Notes under the pieces: model-generated
Database searches by the model: none
What the model saw: only the letters and a program-made list of their open reading frames with translations
Told to the model about the DNA's origin: nothing
NCBI RefSeq assembly: GCF_018350175.1
Contig: NC_058369.1
Location: 4,466,001 to 4,530,000 of the forward strand
Direction of reading: 5' to 3'
From: Felis catus
Lineage: Eukaryota
Length of the DNA: 64,000 nucleotides
Position numbers and translations under genes: made by a program
Shown here: piece by piece, positions 11,450 through 21,982 of the stretch
How the letters are laid out: every line of letters starts with the position of its first letter
How positions within the stretch are numbered: position 1 is the first letter of the stretch

Positions 11450-13600
11450 GGCGGAGGCAAGGCCGGGAGGGGAAACCGCTGGGGGCAGGGGGGTGCTCTG
11501 CACTGACAGTTCGCGGCGCCCAGCAAGACGGTAGTTGTGCAGTTGTGCGTGCGTGCGTGCTCTGTGCGTTGGGGGGCCGCGTAAGGAAAGCATCCAGAAG
11601 CGGACCTGGACGCCCTCCCTCATTCCTGCGGGGCAAGCGGGAGGTTAAAATTAGGACGATGAACCATCCCCGCCTCCGCCGGAATGGCAGGGGAACTTCG
11701 GCCTCAGGGGCCCCTGAAATAGCCACTGGGATCGGGAAACCCAACTTTGCCGGTGCAGCAGCCGAGAACAGCCAGCGGGGACTGAGCGGGAGGGAGCGCC
11801 GAGGCTCGTCCCAGGGGGCCGGGAGAGGAGTAGAGCGTTTGGGTGTGGGTGTGTGTGTGTGTGTGTGCGCGCGCGCGTGCAAGTGCGCGTTTGGGAGGGG
11901 GTGTTCAGGGGTGGGGTTTAAATTCACAAACGCACACGCACTCGCACAATCTCAAGAGAAAGTGTCACTGAGCAGTTTGGGCCACGAGTTGGGCTCTTTA
12001 AACAAAATCATAAATTGATACGTTAAAAAAAAAAAACCACAAACTTTTGGTGAAACTCTTCTCTCGCTTGGAGATCAGTCCAAATGGGGGAGCTGCGGGT
12101 GTGCGAAGGGGCTTCCCGAGGGGCGTGGAAGCACTGGCGGACCACCCCCCCCCCCCCCCCGGCCAAACTCAGGAATGGGGGTTCAAAGGGAGAGAGGGGA
12201 GGAGTGTCCGAGGAGCCTTAGCCGCGAGGATCTTTGCTCAAGACCTCAAGAGGTGAGAAACAGGTCCCGGGGAAGTCCGATTATCGGCGAGTTTGGGGCG
12301 AAAACGTGAGGGGGGGGGGGTGTTTCCCCCAAGACGAGCGCATCGACTTCTGGCTAAAGGCTGAGAAGGATTCCAAGGGAGCCCTCAAACTCGCTAACGA
12401 ACAGCCAGTCCCCGGGACACCCCACACCCAGGAAATTGGGGCAAAGGTGAAAACGAATCTTCCAGGCCCCCTCCCCGATTCAGGAGTCTGGGGCGAGGAG
12501 TGAGAGAGGGGGCCCCGGGAACGCCAATTTCGGATATTTGGGGACTAAAAGAGAAGAGGGGTCCCCAGGAGCCCCCAATTCAGAGAGTTTAAGGTAAGGG
12601 CTTGAGATGGTTTCAAGAAGTTGAGAGAAAGTGAGAGAGGGGTGCCCGGGCGCCCTCAATTTAAGGATCTGGGGAGTAAAAGTAACAGGAGGTTCCCAGA
12701 AGCCCCAATTCTGGGAATTTGAAGGTAAAAGTTTGAGGGGCCTCGGGCGCACCCAATTCGTGGCCTTCGAGGGTAAGAGTTGAGAGTGGGGTCTCGGGGG
12801 CCCGCGACTCGGGAAGTTTTTTGAACAGAGAAGCGATGGGCTCCCACTTGCCCCCGAGTTTGGCTAAAAGAAGGGGGAGGGGTTCCCGGGCGCCCCCAAA
12901 CTCGGCCGCGCCTGGGGAACTGGGCAAAGGAGGCGGGTCCCTCGGGCGCGCCGTCCCGGACGTTTGGGGTGAGCGGCTGGGGGCCGCGCCGCCCGCCTGC
13001 CGCCCCCCCACCCCAAGCCGGACCCCGCCGCCCCCCGCACTCCCCCGGCCCGGCCGGGCCTGGGGCGGTCGCATCGGTCACCTGGAGTTCGGGCCGGGAG
13101 TTCGGGCAGCAGCTCCCGCGGCGGCAGCAGCGGCTGCTGCGTGTTGGTCCCCGTTGGTAAGTAACAGTCTCCACGGCTACAGTCTCTATGGCGGCGGCGG
13201 TGGCGGCGGCAGCCGCTCCTCCTCCCGCTCTCGCCGCCCGCCCGCCAGCCAGCCTCGCGCGCCTGCCCGCCTGCCCGCCCGCCGCGACGGGGCGGGGCGT
13301 TGTTACCGGCAACGGTTACCAGGCTCCACGCCCCACCCCTGAACGGCCCGCCCATGCCCGCCTCCAAAGGGCACGAGGGGGGCGGGGCGTAAGGCCCTCC
13401 GGCACCCTATTGGCTGCCCACAGTGCCTGTCAGGAGGGGCGTTCCCTGGAGAGGATGAGGGCGAGGCTCGACCAATTGCCGCGGAGGGGGGCGGGGCTTG
13501 GCAGGAGGCGCGCACGGCTCGGAGGTTGGCGAGCGGGAAGCGCGCGTGGCCCCCCGGTGGGTGGCGCTGCTCCGGGAAGGCTAAGTTTCGGTGACTTTAA
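11450..13600. promoter_or_regulatory. RFX2: CpG island / RFX2 promoter region
   Basis: Very high GC and CpG density with the core at ~12880-13570. GC boxes GGGGCGGGG near 13289, 13379 and 13488, CCAAT boxes 13409-13413 (ATTGG) and 13472-13476, X-box GTTACCGGCAAC 13302-13313. Confidence 0.85.
13082..13250 (-). other. RFX2: Non-coding exon 1 of RFX2 (5' end approximate)
   Basis: Minus strand reads ...GCCATAGAGACTGTAGCCGTGGAGACTGTTACTTACCAACGGGG...GAACTCCAG|GTGACC in the CpG-island core. It resembles the RFX2 5' UTR as I recall it, and RFX2 is the head-to-head neighbour of ACSBG2 in mammals. The main coding exons lie outside the window. Confidence 0.7.
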
Positions 13601-13654
13601 TGGGGCCTTAGTTTCTTCCACAAATGATTACCGGACATGCGAACACAGTCTGAG

Positions 13655-14065
13655 TCTGGGATCAGCAAACTCCGACCTGCGGCCCAAATCCTACCCTCCG
13701 CCTGTTTTTCATGGACCACAAGCCGAGAGTTTTAGAATATTTTTTAAGTGGTTTAAAACAGTCAAAAGAAGAATTTTGTGTTATCTATATGAAACTCTTG
13801 TATTACTGAATCCAGTATTTCAGCATCTTCAAGAGTTGGCAAACTGTGGCCTTTGGGCCAAATTATGTCTCTGTGTTTGTAAATAAAGTTTTATTGGAAC
13901 ACAGCCAGGCCCATCCTTTAAGAAACTGTGGAAGGCTGTTTTCACACTACATGGACAAGAGTTGCATAGTGAAAAGTTTATTCGTTGCACAAAAATGGAA
14001 TGGCAGAAGCAGAGCCTAGAATATTTACCACCCAGCCATTCACAAGAAAATGTTTGCCAACCCTC
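13655..14065. mobile_element. MER58-like elements (two pieces) bounding the RFX2 promoter
   Basis: gatcagcaaac...ggcccaaatc and gttggcaaactgtggcc...aataaagttttattggaacacagcca...gtttgccaaccc. Confidence 0.7.
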
Positions 14066-14780
14066 TTCCCTTCTCACCATCCCCCCTCATCCCTAGATCG
14101 TGAATCCAACTACACATTGCACAAACAATCCAGCCTCTCCTAGAGCTTTTAGTCTAATGGGGGAACACTGACAATAAACTGAATAAATAAGTAAACATAT
14201 ATAGTTATTCGGGGGAAGGGGCAGAAACACCCAGAGACAAAACTTGTTTGGGGAAGGAACAAGCAGGGCAATTTAAAGGAAGATTAGACCTCAGCCCCGT
14301 TCATTCATCCATTCATCCATTCACTCAACAAATAATCATATTAGCGAGCGCTGATTAAATTGTTCTCAGGTGCCAGAAACTGATCTAAACATTTTTTGTA
14401 TGCTAACTCTGTTGAATCTCACATTCATTTCCCAAGAAATGTAATATGCATTTACCCCCATATTACAGATCAGGGAACTGAGGTCTGGAAAGTATGAGTG
14501 AATTTGCCCAATGCCGAACGGCTTGTAAGGCTTCAAATCCCAGCAGTCTGGTACCAAAGTCCATGCATTTGACCACTAGATGGGTGGTTTTCGAATGTTT
14601 TTGACCACAGAATCACAGCAGGAAATACATTTGACTCAAAGGCCCAGTCCACACAAACACATCATAACTAAAACAAAATTTTCAAAGCATGATACTTGAG
14701 GCAATGCTCGATCTTTTCTATTCTTTTCATTTTAATGAAAATGCTTGATGGTGACCTGCTGAATTGATTTGGCCACTTTC

Positions 14781-15006
14781 TAATTTTTTTTTCCCAACGT
14801 TTATTTATTTTTTTTGGGGGGGGGACAGAGAGAGACAGAGCATGAACGGGGGAGGGGCAGAGAGAGAGGGAGACACAGAATCGGAAACAGGCTCCAGGCT
14901 CTGAGCCACCAGCCCAGAGCCTGACGCAGGGCTCGAACTCACGGACCGCGAGATCGTGACCTGGCTGAAGTCGGACGCTTAACCGACTGCGCCACCCAGG
15001 CGCCCC
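14781..15006 (-). mobile_element. Young CAN-SINE (SINEC_Fc-like)
   Basis: Perfect TSD ttggccactttc at 14769-14780 and 15007-15018. Confidence 0.92.
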
Positions 15007-15972
15007 TTGGCCACTTTCCAGTGGGTTGCTTCTTGCAAATAACCTGTATGATGGGGCCTTAAGCTTAGGACTGCAGGAATCAGTTCCTTTCCTTCAATTA
15101 TTAATTTAGTCAAAATATGTATTGTTTGCCTACTATTTGCCAGACACCATTCTAGGTGCTAGGGACACAATTCCCAGGCTTACAGGAAAAGGGATATGAT
15201 AGTAACTTGGGGGTGAGTGGGTGGGGCTTATTTTGGATAGAGTAGCCAGGGATGGCCTCTCAAGAGTGACCAACCAGCCTGGATGGTTGGAGATTATGGG
15301 GTTTCCCGGGACGTGAGATTTTCAGTGCTAAATAGAGGAAGTTCCTGGACCCAACAGGAAGAGCTGGTCACCCTAGGTCTCTCTGAGAGGGTGCCGTTTG
15401 GGCCAATGTTGGAATAATGAGGAAGAGGGAAAGGAAATTATCAAGAATTCAAAGTCCCTGGTGTGGAAACTCGTTTTAAATAAACAACAGATCACTGGGT
15501 ATGGTTGGAGCTGAAGGAATGGGGAGGGCATAAGTGGGTGGGGGGGTGGTGAGTCAGGGGTTGGAGGGAGTCATTTCACTTAAGGTCTGCCAGGCCATAG
15601 GAAGGGCTCCTCATCAGACCGGGAAGCCATGGGAGGGCTTTAAGCAGGAGGGAGATGTAACCAGATTTGTGGTCTGTGATTTTAAAAGCTCACCACATGG
15701 GGGCCAGATTGAAGGACACAAAAAAGACAGAGCAAGAGCTCTCAGGAGACTGTTACAGTTCTCCCGGACTGATGAGTATGGTGGCTTGGATTAGGCACCG
15801 GTAGTGAAGACGGAGATAAGTAGACGGCGTGGAGGTACATTTTGGAGAACATTCTGATGGACCGGATGTGAGGAGCTGAGTGGTAAAGTTTCAGGGCGTG
15901 ATGGGAGGTGTCTTGTAAGCCACGTTGCACAGCCCATTCCGATATAACTTGTGTTTTGAAAATTCAAGTTTG

Positions 15973-16204
15973 GGGGCGCCTGGGTGGCGCAGTCGGTTAA
16001 GCGTCCGACTTCAGCCAGGTGACGATCTCACGGTCCGTGAGTTCAAGCCCCGCGTCAGGCTCTGGGCTGATGGCTCGGAGCCTGGAGTTGTTTCCGATTC
16101 TGTGTCTCCCTCTCTCTCTGCCCCTCCCCCGTTCATGCTCTGTCTCTCTCTGTCCCAAAAATAAAATAAAAAACGTTGAAAAAAAAATTAAAAAAAAAAA
16201 AAAA
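15973..16204 (+). mobile_element. Young CAN-SINE (SINEC_Fc-like)
   Basis: Perfect TSD gaaaattcaagtttg at 15958-15972 and 16205-16219. Confidence 0.92.
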
Positions 16205-16272
16205 GAAAATTCAAGTTTGTCCCAACTTGATGCCGTATTTACAGTAATGTGTATGTTTTCCTTAACCATTTT

Positions 16273-16743
16273 TTTTTAAATTTTTAACATTTTATTTATT
16301 TATTTATTTATTTATTTTTTTTTTTAAATTTTTTTTTCAACGTTTATTTATTTTGGGGACAGAGAGAGACAGAGCATGAACGGGGGAGGGGCAGAGAGAG
16401 AGGGAGACACAGAATCGGAAGCAGGCTCCAGGCTCTGAGCCATCAGCCCAGAGCCTGACGCGGGGCTCGAACTCACGGACCGCGAGATCGTGACCTGGCT
16501 GAAGTCGGACACTTAACCGACTACGCCACCCAGGCGCCCCACATTTTATTTATTTTTGAGACAGAGAGAGACAGAGCATGAAGGGGGGAGGGGCAGAGAG
16601 AGAGGGAGACACAGAATCGGAAGCAGGCTCCAGGCTCTGAGCCGTCAGCCCAGAGCCCGACGCGGGGCTCGAACTCCCGGACCGCGAGATCGTGACCTGA
16701 GCCGAAGTCGGATGCTTAACCGACTGAGCTACCCAGGCGCCCC
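16273..16743 (-). mobile_element. Two nested CAN-SINEs (inner 16302-16540 inserted in the tail of the outer)
   Basis: Outer TSD ttaaccattt at 16262-16271 and 16744-16753; inner TSD acattttatttattt at 16287-16301 and 16541-16555. Confidence 0.9.
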
Positions 16744-16759
16744 TTAACCATTTGACACA

Positions 16760-17860
16760 TGTAAGACTCAGCTATCTCAAAGAAGAAATGAGGAGAAACT
16801 AGCAAGTACTTTGGAATCAGAAATATTAGGAATTAGAAAATTAGAAACTAGAGTAATTAGATAATACTTCGAGATGAATGAAAATGACACAACATACCAA
16901 AATTTGTGGATTCAGCTAAAGTACAGGACTATTTATAGCTATAGTCACGTGTCAAAAAAGAGAGAAAGACTTCAAATCTTCCACCTTAGGATGGCAAATA
17001 CAAGGAAACTAAACCCAAAGCTGGCAGAAGGAAGGAGATAATAAAGATTAGAGTAGGAATGAATGGAACAGAGATTCAAAAATCAGAGAATTAAGAAGAT
17101 CACAAGTTAGTCCTTTGGAGAGATCAGCAAAGCTGACAAATCTTGAACTCCACAGATCGGGATAAAAAAAAGAGATGACTCAAATTACTCACATCAGGAG
17201 TCAAAGAGGGGACGTCACCACAAACTTTATGTAAACAGAAAAGATGGCAAGGCAATACTGTGAACGACTCTATGCCACCGAATTAGATATCCCAGATGAA
17301 ATGGGCAAATTCCTAGAAAGTGACTCAAAGAAGAAATAGAAAATCTGGGTGGACCTATGACAAATAGAGAAATCGCGTGAGTAATCAAAACACCTCCCAC
17401 AAAGAAAAGCCTAGGACCAGATGGTGTCTCTGGTGAATCCTACCAACTATTTAAAGGAAAATTAGGGGCGGCTCAGTTGGTTGGGCATCTGGCTCTTGGT
17501 TTCGGCTCAGGTCGTGACCTCAAGGTTCGTGAGTTCGAGCCCCACATTGGTCTCCGTGCTGATGGTGCGGAGGCCGCTTGGGATTCTCTCTCTCCCCCTC
17601 TCTCTGCCCCTCCCCTGCTCGAGCACATGCACTCTCTCTCTCAAATAAATAAATAAACTTAAAAAAAATAAAGATTAATGTCAATCCTTCCCAGACTATT
17701 ATTAAAGTCAGAAGAGTAAAGAATACTCTGTGAGGCCGTTCTAACATTCTTTGAGAACTAATCAATGAGTTCAGCAAGGTTGCAGAATACAAGGTCAATA
17801 TACAAAACTCAACTGTTTTTCTATACACTAGCAATGAACAGTCTGAAAATGAAATTTCTT
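16760..17860 (+). mobile_element. Degraded L1 ORF2-region fragments, interrupted by a SINE (17465-17670)
   Basis: A-rich L1-like sequence (caacataccaaaatttgtgg, aaagcctaggaccagatgg...ctggtgaatcctaccaa, aatgagttcagcaaggttgcagaatacaagg) with no intact ORF. Confidence 0.8.
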
Positions 17861-18090
17861 GGGGAGCCTGGGTGGCTCACTTGGTTAAGCCTCTGACTTT
17901 GGCTCAGGTCATGATCTCACAGTCTGTGAGTTCAAGCCCTGCTTCGGGCTCTCTGCTGACAACTCAGAGCCTGGAGCCTGCTTCGGATTCTGTGTCTCCC
18001 TCTCTCTCTGCCCCTTCCCCCTCTCTCTCTCTCTCTTTCTCTGTCAAAAATAAACATTAAAAGAAAACCAAATAAAAAAATAAAAAATAA
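17861..18090 (+). mobile_element. CAN-SINE
   Basis: ggggagcctgggtggctc head, (CT)n and A-rich tail. Confidence 0.88.
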
Positions 18091-18659
18091 CAATCTTCCT
18101 GCTTAAAGCCTTGAAATGTCTTCGGACATGAAATCCATGAATGTGAGGTCCCAGCACACATCCCGGGTCTTCTCTTTCCAGACATCACTCCAGCCCTGGC
18201 TGCTCCCTCTACAGCATGGGGGGTGGGGGTGGGGGGCACAGGGGAGGCCTTCCCCCAGGCTAAGACTCCCCAGGGCCAGGGCCCCGGTGCGGAACTGGAC
18301 GCAGCCAGCCAGGCACGTGGTGGGAGCTGGTGTGCGTGATGCCCCCCTGGGCACCCTCCCCGGCATGGCTAAGTCCCCTGCTCCGTCTCCCTGCAGAGCT
18401 GGCGCGGTCATGAATGGGGGAGAGGAGGCTATGAGCATCTGACGGGTCGAAGGTGGGGACGCCACTCCACACCCGGCACACATGGGACGGTCCTGGTCCA
18501 GAGAATGATCCGGCACCAATGTCAAGTGCTGAGGCCCAGGAGCCCTGCTCTAGAATCGAACCCGGAGCACAGCTGTTCCTTTACTAAATCGCTGTTGAAT
18601 AAACGGGTGGTAGGACAGCACATGTGCAGGAATCTCGCCCAAATCTTTCTTTTTAAAGA

Positions 18660-20415
18660 GTTTTTAAAACTTGAGATAAAATATACATGAAATTTACCAG
18701 TTTAACCGTTTTTCATGTACGCTCCAGTGGCATCCGGGACACTCACACTGTCGTGCAGCCACCCCCACCATCCGTCTCCAGAACTTTCCATCTCCCCAAC
18801 CTGAGACTCCGCCCCATGAAACACGGACTCCCCACCCCCGCCCCCACCATCTACTCTCTGTCTTTGTGGATGCGACTCCTCTGGGGACCCCCTGTGCGTG
18901 GGGTCACACAGGTTGTGTCCTTCTGTGTCTGGCTTCTCTCTCTGAGTGTAATGTCCTCAGGGTCCGTCTGTGATGTAGCAGGTTTCAGGATGGCCTGAGG
19001 CGGAACCATATTCCAGTGTGTGGACAGACCACATTGCGCTCATCCTTCGTCCACGGATGGACACACAGGTCGCCCCACTTCTTGGCTACTGTGAACAAAG
19101 CTGCTGAGGAAGCCGGTGTCGCAAACATCTCCAGAGACCCTGCTTTCCATTCTTTTGTTGCTCGAATCTCTTAAGGTGAGATGGGCAGAGACTGTGAAGC
19201 GGTTCTCCCACGAGCGGAACGTCAGAGGAAGAGAATGCAATTCTGTGCTGATAGGAAGGGTCTGAACCCTCTGGCTCCAACCCAGGAAACACACACAGGA
19301 GTTGCTCCCAGATCCACCCGTGGCTTTCCCACGGATCGGGCAATCGCCCGATCCCCTGCCCAAGCGGTGGTTACGGATCGCGTCCGGGCAGGGGGCCCGT
19401 GTGAACTTCCTGCAGGCAACTTCAGCTCAGGACTTAACCTTCTGTTCCGTCACTCCTTGCTTCCCAGGATCCCTATGCAGGCCCAGGTGATCCCTTACCA
19501 AAGGAGCGCCAGGTCCCTGCTCTCACCGGGCATCGGGGACAGCCATGGAGGAGAGGGACTGGCCTCTGCTCCTCAACGGACCAAGGAGAGGCTGACATTT
19601 CCCCTCGTGCCTTCCGCTTACAGTCGGTTCCCGAGAGAAAGTGTTGCCGGCTTAGAGGAGCCACTCGGACCACAGCCTGCTCTCCCGAGGACCACGCAGG
19701 GCACGGTTTAAAGGGAAGCCACAGGACCAGAAAAGCTGGTGGCGGTGGAGGGAATGGGACGCATTCCTGCTTGCTTTGGCCTCTCCACGAAAGGTCCAGG
19801 GCCAATGGCATCAAGGAGGCATCATTCACAGGGTGTGGCCAACACATCCTGGCTTCCCTGGGACTTTCCCGCTGTTTTAAACGGAAAACCTCAACCGAGT
19901 TCTCCTATGACCCAGCAACCCTACTAGGTAAATGCCCAAAGGGACGGGGAACATTCGTCCACACCAAAACTGGTCCACGAGTGTCTGTGGCAGATTACGC
20001 ACAAGGACCAAAACGTGGCAAGGACCCAGATGGCCACCGGCGGCTGAATGGATGAACAAAACGGGGTGTAGTTACCCGGTGGACTCGTATGCAGCCAGAA
20101 CGAGTGAAGCGGTGACACGCGGAGATGAACACGGGACACAAGACGCTCAGTGAGAGAAACCAGACACAAGAGGCCACGAGATGTGGGATTCCGTGCCCGC
20201 GAGACATTGGATTAGCGGCTGGGAGGGAGCCGGAGAGGGGGAATTGAGGGCCTGTGTAACGGGGTCCATGTTGGGGGTTTCCTTCCGGGGTAGTGAAAAT
20301 GTTCTGGAATTAAGCGATGGGAATGAGCACGTGACACTTCAAATATGCTAAAACCACCAGCTTGCACACTTTAATACGATGGCGTTTATGTTATGTGGAT
20401 TATATCTGAGCAATG
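18660..20415. mobile_element. Old L1M 3'-end fragments (minus ~18660-19240; plus ~19870-20415)
   Basis: Typical L1M 3' motifs on both strands (tccttctgtgtctggcttctctc; cctatgacccagcaaccctactagg). Confidence 0.65.
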
Positions 20416-20439
20416 ATTTTTTAAATGTTTTTTTTTTTC

Positions 20440-20652
20440 GGGGCGCCTGGGTGGCGCAGTCGGTTAAGCGTCCGACTTCAGCCAGGTCACGATCTCGCGG
20501 TCCGTGAGTTCGGGCCCCGCGTCGGGCTCTGGGCTGATGGCTCAGAGCCTGGAGCCTGTTTCCGATTCTGTGTCTCCCTCTCTCTCTGCCCCTCCCCCGC
20601 TCATGCTCTGTCTCTCTCTGTCCCAAAAATAAATAAACGTTGAAAAAAAAAA
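20440..20652 (+). mobile_element. Young CAN-SINE (SINEC_Fc-like)
   Basis: Near-consensus body with intact CpGs and a T-rich TSD. Confidence 0.92.
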
Positions 20653-21982
20653 TTTAAATTTTTTTTTTTTAAACCCTGAAAGGTCCAGGTCCCCGGGGAA
20701 CACTCCAGGTGCCGTAACTCAGGGATCAGGTTGCAAACAGATTGATATTGAGAGCGAGTCCCTGCTCCCCTTTGCTGAGCCCTGGCCTTGGTGACTGCCA
20801 CCGGAGGCTCCTTGGAGAAAGCTCACGGAGCTAATAAACCACAGAGCCGGGGGGGGGGGGGGTACCCATGTGCTCGGCCTCTACTCAGGACGTCTCGTGG
20901 CTCTTCTGCAGCCTGCTTGCTTATGGAGAGAACATTCCTGGAAGAGAGTGAGCATAATCAGGGAACATACACACGAGGAGACAGGCTGAGCTCTCCTCCA
21001 TAGATCTTTTTGTACTGTTGAGGCTGTCTGCATGTCTGTGTGTCTGTATTTCCAAGCACAAACATTACTATTCCAATCAGATCTGGGGTTTTTTTTGGCG
21101 GGGGGGGGGGGGGGGGGAGGGGGGAGGGTGTAAAAAAAAAACAACCTGAAAGCAGAATAAAACGAAAAGATAGCTTTGGCTGAAAGATCAAATAAAAATT
21201 AAATTAAAAAAAAGTTTCACCACATGTTTACAAGGAAAGAATTAACCAGTAAAACCACAGGACCACCAAAAATGAGTTTGGAGTCCAAGAATGGTATGAA
21301 ATACATCCCTCTGGGAGCTTTCCAAATCTCCTTGAAAGGATTTCCCCTCGGTGGTTGTTAAAACTTTTTTTTTTTTTTTCCCTCCCAGAAGGGCTTCTTC
21401 CTAATTGACTGTTTTTATTTAACTAATGGCTGTTAATTAACCCGTGCTATTAGGACTTTAAAGACCATTTATGAATTGGTGGGGGGAAGGTTTTAAAAGC
21501 CACTTTTTTGGCACAGACCTGAGCATCTGATCCTTTCAAGGGTGGCACAAAAGGACAATTTCCATAACGATGCAGCTTCTGAAGAGTGGATTTTGTGTGG
21601 AAAACACCTGTGTGCCACCAAGCTCCTTATTTTTCTCATGGCTTTCTGGCCACTGGCTGCCACATTTCTCCGCGATACTGAATCATTTCCATAGCAAACT
21701 GCTGTGACCTCGGACAGCCTTCGCAAGGGCTGGCTGAATCCACGTCAAGCACATATTTTTCCCCTTAAATCCCATTTTTTTCAGTCTTAACCACTTCTAG
21801 GCAACCAGGAAGCAGGGGAACAGAACGGTCGTGCCAACGTTCCATATTGCCTGAGAATGACAGGGCAAAGGGGAGGAGAGAGGATAAAAAGAGGCACGGA
21901 AGGTTTTAGAAAGCGGGCAAGAGAAACAATTCGGTGACAAAAGCTGTCAAAAATTCTTCTTCATTTGATTTACTTTTATTTT

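Noticed and set aside
12656..13886. Long overlapping ORFs (218, 173, 167 and 232 aa) across the CpG island
   Set aside because: They are low-complexity Ala/Gly/Pro/Arg translations expected from stop-poor GC-rich DNA. They have no recognisable domain, and the 232-aa ORF runs into a MER58 relic.
15973..16060. tRNA gene-like A/B box sequences
   Set aside because: These are the tRNA-derived heads of CAN-SINEs, with no complete cloverleaf.
20643..20668. Perfect palindrome A10-TTTAAA-T10 after a SINE
   Set aside because: It is explained by the SINE poly(A) tail abutting a T-rich target-site duplication (tttaaatgttttttt upstream).
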